DNA from: Armatimonadota bacterium
GTDB taxonomy: Bacteria > Armatimonadota > Zipacnadia > Zipacnadales > UBA5352
Assembly (NCBI GenBank): GCA_050942735.1
Contig: JBMNNW010000004.1
Span: 29,632 to 93,631, forward strand
DNA: 64,000 bases
Reading direction: 5' to 3'
In this document: positions 1-9,112 of the stretch, one piece after another
Numbering within the stretch: the first letter of the stretch is position 1
Layout: the number at the start of each line of letters is the position of its first letter
Notes under the pieces: model-generated
The model's input: only the letters and a program-made list of their open reading frames with translations
Database searches by the model: none
What the model was told of the DNA's origin: nothing
Position numbers and translations under genes: made by a program

Positions 1-49
1 CGGACTTGAGCGCCCGGCCCGCCCGGTGTTGTCACGGCATCTGCTCAGG

Positions 50-1132
50 CTACTTGATGTTGACGGCCCTGCCCGACTCGGCGGACTTGTACATCGCATC
101 GAGGATCTTCATGATGCGCAGGCCGTCGGTTCCGGGCGAGATCGGCTCCGTGCCCTCGACGAGGCAATCGACGAAATGCTCGACCGCCGTGTGCCGGCCC
201 ATCGCCTCATCCGGCTCGAGCTTGACGACGCGATCGACGGCCTCGCCCTGCTCCTGCGTGTAAAGCTCGAGGGTGTCCACGGCGGTATCGTCCACGCCGT
301 CGATGTCGAAGACGCGTTCGAGGCTCGCGCCCGCCTCGGTGCCCATCAACGTCGAGTAGACCCACTCGCGCTTGATACGCGACGCCCATGATGCCTCGAG
401 CATTATCGTCTGACCGTCCTCGAACTTGAGCATCCCCACCGCCATGTCCTCGACGTCGAATGCGCCCTTCCGGTTCGGGGTGCCCCACGGCCCGAGGCCC
501 TGCATCTGCGGCCCGAAGACCGAGTACGTGGAGGCCATGACCGTCACGGGCTTGGGATTGCCCATCAGCCACATGGTGAGATCGAGCATATGCACCGCAA
601 GGTCGATCAGCGGCCCGCCGCCCGCCATCTCCTTCTGCGTGAACCAGCCGCCCCAGCCGGGGATACCGTTGCGCCGAATCCAACCGCAGCGGGCGAAGTA
701 TATGTCACCGAAGGTGCCCGCGTCCACATGGCCCTTGAGCACCTGCGCCTCGGGCCGGAAGCGGTTGTTGAACTGGATCATGAGGGTCTTGCCGGCCGCC
801 TCGGCCGCCTCGATCATCTTCTGCCCCTCCCTGGCGGTGCGAGCGAGGGGCTTCTCGCACAGGACGTGCTTTCCGGCCTTGAGGCAGTCGATCGTGATCG
901 GCGCGTGGAACTTGTTCGGCACACATACGCTCACACAATCAATATCCGCGTCCAGCATCTCCTTGTAGTCGGTGAACAGGTGCGCGATCTCGTACTCGCC
1001 GCCCGTCTCCGCCAGCGCGTCCTCGTTGAGGTCGCACAGTGCGACGACCTCCGCGTCCGCGTGGGCCTGGTAGCCCTCAATGTGATAGGTGCCGATCCCG
1101 GCACCGATGACTCCCGCCTTGATCTTCGCCAC
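50..1132 (-). CDS. Gfo/Idh/MocA family NAD(P)-dependent oxidoreductase
   Basis: 360-aa ORF. N-terminal Rossmann motif KAGVIGAGIG and conserved EKP motif (HVLCEKPLA) typical of the family. GTG start preceded by GGGAGGG RBS. Confidence 0.85.
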   Translation of the reverse strand: MAKIKAGVIGAGIGTYHIEGYQAHADAEVVALCDLNEDALAETGGEYEIAHLFTDYKEMLDADIDCVSVCVPNKFHAPITIDCLKAGKHVLCEKPLARTAREGQKMIEAAEAAGKTLMIQFNNRFRPEAQVLKGHVDAGTFGDIYFARCGWIRRNGIPGWGGWFTQKEMAGGGPLIDLAVHMLDLTMWLMGNPKPVTVMASTYSVFGPQMQGLGPWGTPNRKGAFDVEDMAVGMLKFEDGQTIMLEASWASRIKREWVYSTLMGTEAGASLERVFDIDGVDDTAVDTLELYTQEQGEAVDRVVKLEPDEAMGRHTAVEHFVDCLVEGTEPISPGTDGLRIMKILDAMYKSAESGRAVNIK

Positions 1133-1325
1133 TTCGAACCCTCCCTGCTATGCTCCCGCATGCGTGTTAAGCATCGTCGCGCTCCTCGCTCTGAGGTTTC
1201 GACGCACGGCCGCCCGCACCTCCGTCGGCGAACGATGCGCCACCCGCGGCAGGTCTCGGAGGGCCGGTCGCGAAGGACTCCCCGGATACCACGCAGCATC
1301 AGCGCACCAGGGAGTGAGATGAACC

Positions 1326-3266
1326 GTGGCTGCATACGAGGCGCTGTTCTCCCCCGGCTCGATCGGATCGCTGAACGTTCCGAACCGCATCGTGATGGCC
1401 CCGATGGGCACCGGCTACGCCGATGAGCGGCATCACGTCACGGAGCGGCTGGTCGCCTATCACGTCGCGCGGGCACAGGGAGGCGTCGGCCTGCAGATCG
1501 CCGAGCACACGGCCGTGCACCCGCTGGGGCTGACAGGAGAGCGGATGCTGGCGGTGTACGATGATGAGATGATCCCGGGCCTGCGGCGTCTGACCGATGC
1601 GGTGCACGAAGCCGGTGGCCTGATCGCGCTGCAGCTTCAGCACGGCGGGCGCCAGGCGAGCGCCGACGTCATCGGCCGGCGCCCGCTGTCCCCGTCGGCG
1701 GTGAGCGTGCGGGGCGGCAACCAGCCTCAGAAGATGTCCGAGGAGCAGATCCGAGAGGCGATCGAGGCGTTCGGCGAGGGAGCGCGCAGGGCGCAGGAGG
1801 CGGGCTTCGACGGCGTGGAGGTCCACATGGCCCACGGCTACCTCGGCTGCTCGTTCCTCTCCCCGCTGCTGAACCGCCGTGATGACGACTGGGGTGGCGA
1901 CACAGAGCGCCGCACGCGCTTCGCACGTGAGGTGCGCGCGGCAATCGTGGAGCGGTGCGGTGAGGACTTCCCCTGCTGGTGCCGAGTCTCGGCGAATGAG
2001 TTCGTCGAGGGCGGAACCGACCTTGCGGAGGCCCGGCGGTTCGCGCCGCTTCTCGCGGAGATCGGCTACCAGGCCATCCATGTCTCGGCGGCCATCGGAG
2101 AGACGTCGCGCTTTGCATCCGCCCCCTACTACGTCGAGCGCGGACACCTCATCGAGTATGCCGAGGGCATCCGCGCGGTCGTGGACGTGCCGGTCATCGG
2201 CGTGGGACGGATCCTGGAGCCGGAGATGGCGAACGACGTGATCGCGAATGAGCGGTGCGACTTCGTCGCGCTCGGCCGTGCGCTACTGGCCGATCCGCAC
2301 TGGCCGGTCAAGGCCGCGGAGGGCCGTGAGGCTGAGATCATCCCGTGCATCGGCTGCAATCTCGGCTGCCTGCAGCGCTCGTATTCGGGGGGGCAGGCGC
2401 AGTGCACCTGCAACCCGTGGACCGGGCGCGAGCTGGACTGGCCGGGCTACCCGGGCGGACGCGGCGGTGAGCGCAAGCGGGTGCTGGTGGTCGGCGCGGG
2501 ACCGGGAGGGATGCAGGCCGCGATCATCGCCGCGCACCGGGGACACGAGGTGACCGTATGGGAGCGGCAGGGCGACGTCGGTGGAGCGTTCCGACTCGCT
2601 GCGATGGCCCCGGGTAAGAGCGAGCTTGCGAACCTGCTTGAGTGGCAGAAAGATGAGATGGATCGACTCGGGGTCTCGCTGCAGCTCATGACTCACGCCA
2701 CTGAGGACGCGGTGCTGCAGTTCGACCCCGACGCGCTGGTCATAGCGACGGGCTCGCAGCCGCTGGGCGCCGAGTCACTGCCGTTCGGTGGCGGCGGGCG
2801 GCACGTGCTGTCGGACCGGGTCTTCGAAGGGGCGGTCGATGTCACGAGCCCCGCGTTTGTCATCAGCAGGCGTGGAGCCGGGGCTGAGGTGGCGCATCTG
2901 CTCGCCCAGCAGGGCCATGCGGTCACGCTGCTTGAGTCGGGTGATGATCCCGCGCCGATGCTGCCCAGCGGACCGCGGGCGTTTCTGCTTGAGCGCATGG
3001 AGGAGCTTGGGGTGACGGTGCTCACCGGGCACCGGGTGCTGGGCATCGACGCGGAGGGTCTGATGGTGGAGACGGAGGACAGCTCCCAGAAGCGCTTCGA
3101 TGACCCGGGGACGATCGTGCTCGCGCTGGGCCGCCGCGCGAACAACGGCCTCGCCTCGGAGCTTGAGAGCCTGCCGATCACGATGATCGTGATCGGCGAC
3201 GCGGAGAAGCCGCGGCACGCGCAGGCGGCGGTCCACGAGGGCGCACTCGCCGGGCGCGACATCTGA
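1326..3266 (+). CDS. Old-Yellow-Enzyme family FMN oxidoreductase fused to FAD/NAD(P)-binding domain (2,4-dienoyl-CoA reductase / NADH:flavin oxidoreductase-like)
   Basis: 646 aa. N-terminal OYE TIM-barrel sequence (NRIVMAPMGT...HGGRQ). 4Fe-4S Cys cluster CIGCNLGCLQ...CTCNPW. C-terminal dinucleotide-binding GAGPGG. GTG start. Confidence 0.85.
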   Translation: MAAYEALFSPGSIGSLNVPNRIVMAPMGTGYADERHHVTERLVAYHVARAQGGVGLQIAEHTAVHPLGLTGERMLAVYDDEMIPGLRRLTDAVHEAGGLIALQLQHGGRQASADVIGRRPLSPSAVSVRGGNQPQKMSEEQIREAIEAFGEGARRAQEAGFDGVEVHMAHGYLGCSFLSPLLNRRDDDWGGDTERRTRFAREVRAAIVERCGEDFPCWCRVSANEFVEGGTDLAEARRFAPLLAEIGYQAIHVSAAIGETSRFASAPYYVERGHLIEYAEGIRAVVDVPVIGVGRILEPEMANDVIANERCDFVALGRALLADPHWPVKAAEGREAEIIPCIGCNLGCLQRSYSGGQAQCTCNPWTGRELDWPGYPGGRGGERKRVLVVGAGPGGMQAAIIAAHRGHEVTVWERQGDVGGAFRLAAMAPGKSELANLLEWQKDEMDRLGVSLQLMTHATEDAVLQFDPDALVIATGSQPLGAESLPFGGGGRHVLSDRVFEGAVDVTSPAFVISRRGAGAEVAHLLAQQGHAVTLLESGDDPAPMLPSGPRAFLLERMEELGVTVLTGHRVLGIDAEGLMVETEDSSQKRFDDPGTIVLALGRRANNGLASELESLPITMIVIGDAEKPRHAQAAVHEGALAGRDI

Positions 3267-3323
3267 GAGGGCGCAGGCGCGCCCGGGCGATTGCGCCGAC
3301 CGGAAACTGCCCGGTGAAACACC

Positions 3324-3352
3324 TTCACAACGAACGGAGAAGATGGTATACT
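3324..3352 (+). promoter_or_regulatory. Near-consensus sigma70 promoter with extended -10 (TTCACA, 17-nt spacer, TGgTATACT)
   Basis: TTCACA at 3324-3329 and TATACT at 3347-3352 with an exact 17-nt spacer and TG at -15/-14. Predicted TSS about 3359. Sits at the start of a visibly AT-richer 600-bp noncoding spacer. Confidence 0.4.
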
Positions 3353-3884
3353 GGGGGCGAAGTTGGTCGTGCAAAGCTGAACATAGCTGGGTAGTACCGG
3401 GCGTCTCCTGCGGCCGGGGTCGGCGACACGCGGAGCGCCCTGCAGCAGAGAAGCTGGCGTGGCCATAGAAGGAAGCACTGTGAGCGAACTTCCACCGTCG
3501 GCGTGACGTCTATGCAGGCGGGAACGATGCAACCAAAACGTTTTTCCCAACGGGGCCGACACCGCCCCGCACCCTAAGAAGACGCAAATCACGCAGGAGG
3601 TGATGCAGTTGGGCAATAGACATGACTGCATGGTTGAGGTGAAGGAGACCAGGACCATTGGGTGTGGTGTCGGCAGCTAAAGATGGCTGTCGGTGACCGC
3701 ATCCTGCTGAGGCGAAAGAATCTCAGTCAGTCTCCTCAGCTCGATCTGCGGTCTTTCAGCAAACGGACCCCGCCGCCAGACTGCCCTGTCTGTGTCGGCG
3801 GGGTCACCGTTTGTGCAGGTCCCTCATTGTGTCGCGAGGAAAAGTCCCGCCACTGACCAGCACCGACGCCCGGAGGAGACCCGC

Positions 3885-5807
3885 GTGAGGTACGCAGCCA
3901 CCATCGCGACGCTGCTCTTCATCACCAGCGCGCTCACTCTCGCCCCGGCCCAGGAAGCCCCCACAACCGGCGACCTTGCAGCCGCGATCGCCCAGGCGGA
4001 GGCAGAGATCCCCACGGGACAGCTGCGGGACGTCAATCTGCCGCTCGCGAAACTCAAGCTCAAGAAGGCCCGTCTGCTCGAGAGCGGCGGCTGGTACGCG
4101 GGCGGAAACCCGTCCGATGACATCCGGGAGGGGCTGCGGCTGGTGGAGATGGCCCGCGAGGGCGAGGTGCACGATCCACCGAAGGGCCTCCTCACCGAGA
4201 TGGCGTACATCACGGACAACGATGGCACGGTTCAGCCCTACTATCTGCACATCCCTCGCAGCTACACAGCGGAGCGTCAATGGCCGCTGATCGTCTTCCT
4301 CCACGGTTACGTTCCCGGTATCAGTGTGGTGGATCCGTGGGTTTTGAGCCCTGACGCGTGCAGGGTTGCCGAGGAAAACGGCTGTATCCTGCTCATTCCC
4401 TACGGCCGGCGCAACACCGACTTCCAGGGCGTCGGCGAGGTTGACATCTACCGGGCCATCACGGAGACTCAGCAGCGCCTTGAGATCGATCCCGCCCGCA
4501 TCTACCTCTCGGGCGTCTCGATGGGCGGGATGGGCGCATGGAACATGGCGCTGCGCAATCCGGGCTTCTTCGCCGCCATCACGCCGATCTCCGGACAGAC
4601 GGACATGTTCCGCTGGTGGCGCTGGAGTCCTGAGGGTATGGCGCCCTTCAAGCGCTTCCTCGTCGAGTGGGACAATCCCGAGGAGATGGCCGCCAACGCG
4701 CGCGGGCAGAACTTCTTCGTCCAGCACGGTGAACTGGACAACCTCATCCCCGTGATCGAGTCGCGTTCGATGGTCGCGAAGATGCGGTCACTGGGCATAG
4801 ATGTCGAGTACTACGAGTTCGCCGGTGAGGGACATTACATCTACTGGGACACCGCCTGCTACGAGAACGCGTGGCGGTGGAGCAAGGATTTCACGCTGGA
4901 GCCATCGCCTTCGCAGGTGACGTTCCGATGCTTCTCGCTCCAGCACAACCGCGCTTTCTGGCTGACGATCGACCGGCTGAAGCGCTGGGCGACTCCGGCA
5001 ACCGTCGATGCGAGGGTCGCGGATGATGGCAGCCGACTCGACATTCGGTGTGAGAACGTCGCGGCGCTGACGATCGACCTGGCGACCTGCCCGCTGCACA
5101 CCGACGAGCAGTTTCGGGTGACGGTCAACGGAGAGCGGCAGGAGGTGCGCCCGGAGGCGGGACGCCTCTCGATCGAGATCGAGCCCGCGCCGGAGCAGCA
5201 GTGGCCGCCACTGAAGCGTCGGGGGCTCTCCGGACCGGCGGAGGACGTCTTCAACACGCCCTTCATCGTGGTGCAGGGGACAGCCGGTGATGAGCGGCAG
5301 AACCTCGAACTGGCGCGGAAGGTCGGCACGTGGGTCGATGAGTGGGACCGCTTCGCCGATGGCGAGCCGCGCGTGTGCACCGACGCTGAACTCCTGCCCG
5401 AGCAGATCGAAAGCATGAACCTCGTTCTCTTCGGGACGCCCGAGACCAACTTAGTGCTGGCGCGCATCGCCGAGCGCCTGCCGATGCAGATCGGCGACCA
5501 CAAGTACTCCATCCTCGGCCACAGCTTCGAGGGCGACCACCTCGGGCTCGTGCTCTGCTACCCCAATCCCGAGCAGCCCGATCGCTATGTCCTGGTTTAC
5601 TCCGGGGAGCTTTACGGCCGCAAGCTGTCGATCAACCACAAGCACGACATGCTCCCGGATTTCCTGATCTTCGACAGCCGCCGCTTCACCGTCGGCGACA
5701 CCGAGGCGAACGTCTTCGGCGGCTGGTTCGACGTGGACTGGCTGCCGAAGGCGGATCTCGCGTGGGAGGGCGACGCCGAGCCTCCCGGGCGTGAGCCCGA
5801 GGGGTAG
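3885..5807 (+). CDS. Secreted alpha/beta-hydrolase fold esterase/peptidase (S9/prolyl-oligopeptidase-like)
   Basis: GTG start with GGAGGAG RBS. Signal peptide ending APAQE. HG oxyanion motif (IVFLHGY) and GxSxG nucleophile elbow (GVSMGG). About 640 aa with extra beta-rich C-terminal region. Confidence 0.7.
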   Translation: MRYAATIATLLFITSALTLAPAQEAPTTGDLAAAIAQAEAEIPTGQLRDVNLPLAKLKLKKARLLESGGWYAGGNPSDDIREGLRLVEMAREGEVHDPPKGLLTEMAYITDNDGTVQPYYLHIPRSYTAERQWPLIVFLHGYVPGISVVDPWVLSPDACRVAEENGCILLIPYGRRNTDFQGVGEVDIYRAITETQQRLEIDPARIYLSGVSMGGMGAWNMALRNPGFFAAITPISGQTDMFRWWRWSPEGMAPFKRFLVEWDNPEEMAANARGQNFFVQHGELDNLIPVIESRSMVAKMRSLGIDVEYYEFAGEGHYIYWDTACYENAWRWSKDFTLEPSPSQVTFRCFSLQHNRAFWLTIDRLKRWATPATVDARVADDGSRLDIRCENVAALTIDLATCPLHTDEQFRVTVNGERQEVRPEAGRLSIEIEPAPEQQWPPLKRRGLSGPAEDVFNTPFIVVQGTAGDERQNLELARKVGTWVDEWDRFADGEPRVCTDAELLPEQIESMNLVLFGTPETNLVLARIAERLPMQIGDHKYSILGHSFEGDHLGLVLCYPNPEQPDRYVLVYSGELYGRKLSINHKHDMLPDFLIFDSRRFTVGDTEANVFGGWFDVDWLPKADLAWEGDAEPPGREPEG

Positions 5808-5823
5808 CTCTGAGGCCGGGCGA

Positions 5824-7044
5824 TCAGAGCAGTACCATCAGTATGCCGAGCAGCGCGGTCGCGGAGGCGAATCTCCCGCCGAAGCGCCATCGCCGCAGTG
5901 CCACGCCCTGCACCCCGGCGAGCAGCAGCGCCGCCAACGCCAGCCGCCCGCGCAGGGCCGCCATCCCGCTGCCTGCCACGACCTGCAGATCGTCCCGCTC
6001 GGCCGCGGCGCCTATCACGATGTCCTCGGTCATCTGCTCGGGCGTCAGTCGCGTACGCATCCGTGTTACGTAGTAGCTGCGCCCCTGCTGAAGGATCGCG
6101 TCGAAGGGCGGCCGGTCAACCCACCACTGTGGCACGGCGCCGGCATACTCGACGACCAGTGCCCTGCCGCCGGCATCCGCGATGGTCTCCTCGAACCAGC
6201 CGTCGTAGACCGTGTCGAAATCCGACCCGCTCCAGATTGAGCGCGCCTTGATCGGCGCGGTTGTGTAGTTCTTCGCCTCGACACGGCCCGCGCTCAGGAC
6301 GTAAATGAGCACCTCCACCCGGCGCGTCGTGCTCACTCCGGAGATCCGCATCGGGAAGACAGGCTCCCCTGTCGCGAACGTCAGGCTCAGCGGGCGGAAC
6401 TGCTCCCCGCCGCCGCCTCCGCCGGTGTCGGCATGCGGGGAGATCTTGAATGCGACGAAGTACCAGCCCTTGTTGACGTAGTACGCGAGCATGGCGTCGT
6501 CGCCCGTCCCGAATGCGTATCCGTTGTCATTGAGCCACGTCGCCAGCTCACCGGACTCCTGAGCGCTCAGGACGGCGACATCCCACCTGTCCACGCTGAA
6601 CGAATCCCAGACGGTGACCCCACCAAGAGTCGGGCTGCCGTCGGTGCCGCCGCCGGCTCCCGCGCAGCCGCAGATGCCGGAGCTGCCCTCGTAGCCCGCA
6701 AGGTAGCGGGGAGCCGTGAGGTCGTGGAGGGTCTCGAAGATCGCCGGATCGGCGGTGCTGACCGCCGTCGCGCCGGCGATGCGGGTCGGGAGGGGTATGA
6801 CCCACGCGAACTCGGATGCATCGCCGTCGTAGCCTGTCTGCAGAACGATGGTCTGCGCATTACCGTGATCGATCACGATCGCTCGCTGGTCGGCAGTCTC
6901 CGCGACGCCCTCGAAGACCGGGAAGTACCCGCCGTCGGCCATGACCGTGAGACCTGTCACTATCAGCAGCCACATAACGACACTGGCGCGGTACGTCACA
7001 TTGCGGAGGGCGTGAAGCAGAACACGGCGCGTGGCGTGTTGCAT
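5824..7044 (-). CDS. Hypothetical secreted protein with C-terminal hydrophobic anchor (DUF2330-like)
   Basis: 406-aa ORF. N-terminal hydrophobic signal (MWLLIVTGLTVMA, possible internal start). Gly-rich stretches. Two C-terminal hydrophobic segments. Confidence 0.5.
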   Translation of the reverse strand: MQHATRRVLLHALRNVTYRASVVMWLLIVTGLTVMADGGYFPVFEGVAETADQRAIVIDHGNAQTIVLQTGYDGDASEFAWVIPLPTRIAGATAVSTADPAIFETLHDLTAPRYLAGYEGSSGICGCAGAGGGTDGSPTLGGVTVWDSFSVDRWDVAVLSAQESGELATWLNDNGYAFGTGDDAMLAYYVNKGWYFVAFKISPHADTGGGGGGEQFRPLSLTFATGEPVFPMRISGVSTTRRVEVLIYVLSAGRVEAKNYTTAPIKARSIWSGSDFDTVYDGWFEETIADAGGRALVVEYAGAVPQWWVDRPPFDAILQQGRSYYVTRMRTRLTPEQMTEDIVIGAAAERDDLQVVAGSGMAALRGRLALAALLLAGVQGVALRRWRFGGRFASATALLGILMVLL

Positions 7045-7074
7045 CGACTGACCTCCCCGCGACCTTTTGATCTG

Positions 7075-7902
7075 TCACCGATCAGACGAGGGGGGCTCGC
7101 CGGGAGTTCCGTCAGGCGGTATGATGACGATCATGTCGCACATCCAGCGATCACGAAAATGGTCGTACGAGTACGTCACTGAGCCTGCAAGAGGATCGCC
7201 CACCGTGATCTCATCACCCTCGATCGACAACACGAGTGCAGAGTGTGCCACCGTTCGGGTGAGCTTCCATCCGATGAGGACGGGCTTCGGCGCGGCCGCG
7301 AGATCCTCGCGGGAGGCGGGTCTGACGGCGTACGCATCGAGGCCGGCGTGGTGCAACGCTCGAAGCATCCCGCGGGTGCTGGTGCCACGCAGGGGGGCGG
7401 TCACGGCCAGTTCAGCCATCTGCCGCTCGGAGGCCGGGACGCCGTGCAGGCGGGCGGCCCAAGCCAGGGCAGCGGCTCCGCATGACCAGCCGGTTGACTG
7501 CATTACCTCCGGGGGACCTTCGGTGCTGGCCGAAAGCTGACCGGAGAAATGTGGCAGCGGGAGCGGGGCGGCGAGTTCGGCGATGGCGTAGAGACTGAAC
7601 ACCGCAGCGATGGTGCCGACCGCGAGCCGGACCAGTCGCCGGTCGAGCCGGCGCACGCAGATTGACAGCAGAAGGACGATGGACGCGTAGAGTGGCAGCC
7701 GCTCGAAGAAGAGCGCATCGTCCCATGGAACGATCCTCAGGGCCACGTATGTCAGCTGGTATCCGGCAAACCACGCGCCGATGGTGATGAGGCTGGCGAC
7801 AGCGGTCGCGATGAAGCGCCGATCGCCATCCGCCAGCCACGGACCGAGGCGCCACGCAGCGGCGAGCAGGAAAACCCCGAGGACCGTCGCAATGATGGCC
7901 AC
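7075..7902 (-). CDS. Membrane protein with C-terminal peptidase C39-like (papain-fold Cys peptidase) domain, no ABC transporter domain
   Basis: N-terminal about 4 TM helices. C-terminal Q..SCGAAALAWAARLHG motif matching the C39 catalytic Gln/Cys region, followed by His/Asp region (AHSALVL...GDEITVGDP). Confidence 0.6.
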   Translation of the reverse strand: MAIIATVLGVFLLAAAWRLGPWLADGDRRFIATAVASLITIGAWFAGYQLTYVALRIVPWDDALFFERLPLYASIVLLLSICVRRLDRRLVRLAVGTIAAVFSLYAIAELAAPLPLPHFSGQLSASTEGPPEVMQSTGWSCGAAALAWAARLHGVPASERQMAELAVTAPLRGTSTRGMLRALHHAGLDAYAVRPASREDLAAAPKPVLIGWKLTRTVAHSALVLSIEGDEITVGDPLAGSVTYSYDHFRDRWMCDMIVIIPPDGTPGEPPSSDR

Positions 7903-7954
7903 CGGGAGATCACACGTCCCTTCGCTGCGCGGAGACGGTCGTGTTCGCCATCGG

Positions 7955-9112
7955 TCACTCTCCGGGCGAGCCGTAGATCCGCGGGACGTCCGGGGGAACC
8001 GCGGTACGCCGCACCGGCAGGATCACGTCGTCGCCGGGCTCTACCTTCGACAGATCGGTCACATCCACCGTGCAATGATCCATCGCGATGCGCCCGATGA
8101 TCGGGGCCTCCTGCCCGCGGATTCGCACGACCGGCAGGTGCTTCGCCCTCCCCCACGCACCGGCGGTCCGTGACAGGAAGCCCTTCACCGCCGTCTGTGG
8201 ACGCTGCGCGACACTCATCGGCAGTACCCCGAGGCCGTGCGCATAACCGACAGGCACCGTCGCCAGCGTCGTCTCGCGGCGGGTGCGGAAGTCCCCTCCG
8301 TAGCCGATCTTCCCGCCCACGCCCACCGTCCCAATGTGGACAATCCGGCTGCGCAACTCAAATGTCTCACGGAGGTCGAGATCGCGGGCCTTCACATCCG
8401 CGGGATACTGACCGTAGAGCAGCGTGCCCACGCGCACCATCTCAAGATGAGTCTCCGGCTCGTCAAGCACAAGGCGGCTTGCGGCGCAGTGGATGATGAG
8501 ATCGCGCCGGTCGGCGGAGGTGCGCAGATCTTCGGCCAGCGCGCCGAACATCCGCGCCGAGACGCCCGACCTGAAGAGATCGAGCCCGTCCGCCATCGCG
8601 CCGGAGCCCGGTGGGCCGTAGTGCGTGTAAAGGCCGGTGATCTTCACCCCAAGCCCGCTCGCCATGTCAATCAGGTCGATCGCCCGATCCTCCGACGGCA
8701 TCCGAGCCAGCCCGGTGTCCACGAAAACGTGCGCGCCGGCGCTTCTGCCAACCAACTCAGCGGCCTCGTGGAGCCAGGTGACATGCTCAGAGCGGGCGAC
8801 CGTTCCTGTCAACGCCGCCTCCACGAGCGCCTCACACTCACCGGGCGCAGCGGGCATGAAGGTGAGGATCGGCGTCGCGAGACCCGCCTCGCGAAGCGCG
8901 ACGCCCTCCGCCACCGAGCTGACACCCAGCCATGTGGCTCCGGACGCGATGAATATGCGGGCGGCATCGACGAGTCCGTGCCCGTAGGCGTTGGCCTTGA
9001 CGACCGCCATCAGTCGGGCGCGCTCGGAAACGCGCTTGCGGACGGCGGCGGTGTTGTGCGCGAGGGCCTCGGGGTCAACCACCACGCGCGTCGTCGGGGT
9101 CATTATACTCAT
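7955..9112 (-). CDS. alr: Alanine racemase
   Basis: PLP-lysine motif VVKANAYGHG near N-terminus. Full-length 385 aa with C-terminal beta domain. Start overlaps the stop of the upstream gene. Confidence 0.9.
   Translation of the reverse strand: MSIMTPTTRVVVDPEALAHNTAAVRKRVSERARLMAVVKANAYGHGLVDAARIFIASGATWLGVSSVAEGVALREAGLATPILTFMPAAPGECEALVEAALTGTVARSEHVTWLHEAAELVGRSAGAHVFVDTGLARMPSEDRAIDLIDMASGLGVKITGLYTHYGPPGSGAMADGLDLFRSGVSARMFGALAEDLRTSADRRDLIIHCAASRLVLDEPETHLEMVRVGTLLYGQYPADVKARDLDLRETFELRSRIVHIGTVGVGGKIGYGGDFRTRRETTLATVPVGYAHGLGVLPMSVAQRPQTAVKGFLSRTAGAWGRAKHLPVVRIRGQEAPIIGRIAMDHCTVDVTDLSKVEPGDDVILPVRRTAVPPDVPRIYGSPGE

Noticed and set aside
3662-3856. 64-aa Cys-containing ORF inside the leader region
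   Set aside because: No RBS, it overlaps the predicted structured RNA, and its composition is not convincing. Treated as noncoding.
3360-3885. tmRNA, RNase P RNA, SRP RNA or tRNA in the AT-richer spacer
   Set aside because: No T-arm GGTTCGAnTCC or CCA-end motif, no tag-peptide ORF, and no P4 AGGAAAGTCCGGGC core. The GAGGAAAAGTCCCGCC at 3836 is only a partial resemblance and in the wrong position. No SRP GGAA tetraloop/AGGUCAGG motif. The region is kept only as an unclassified ncRNA/leader candidate.
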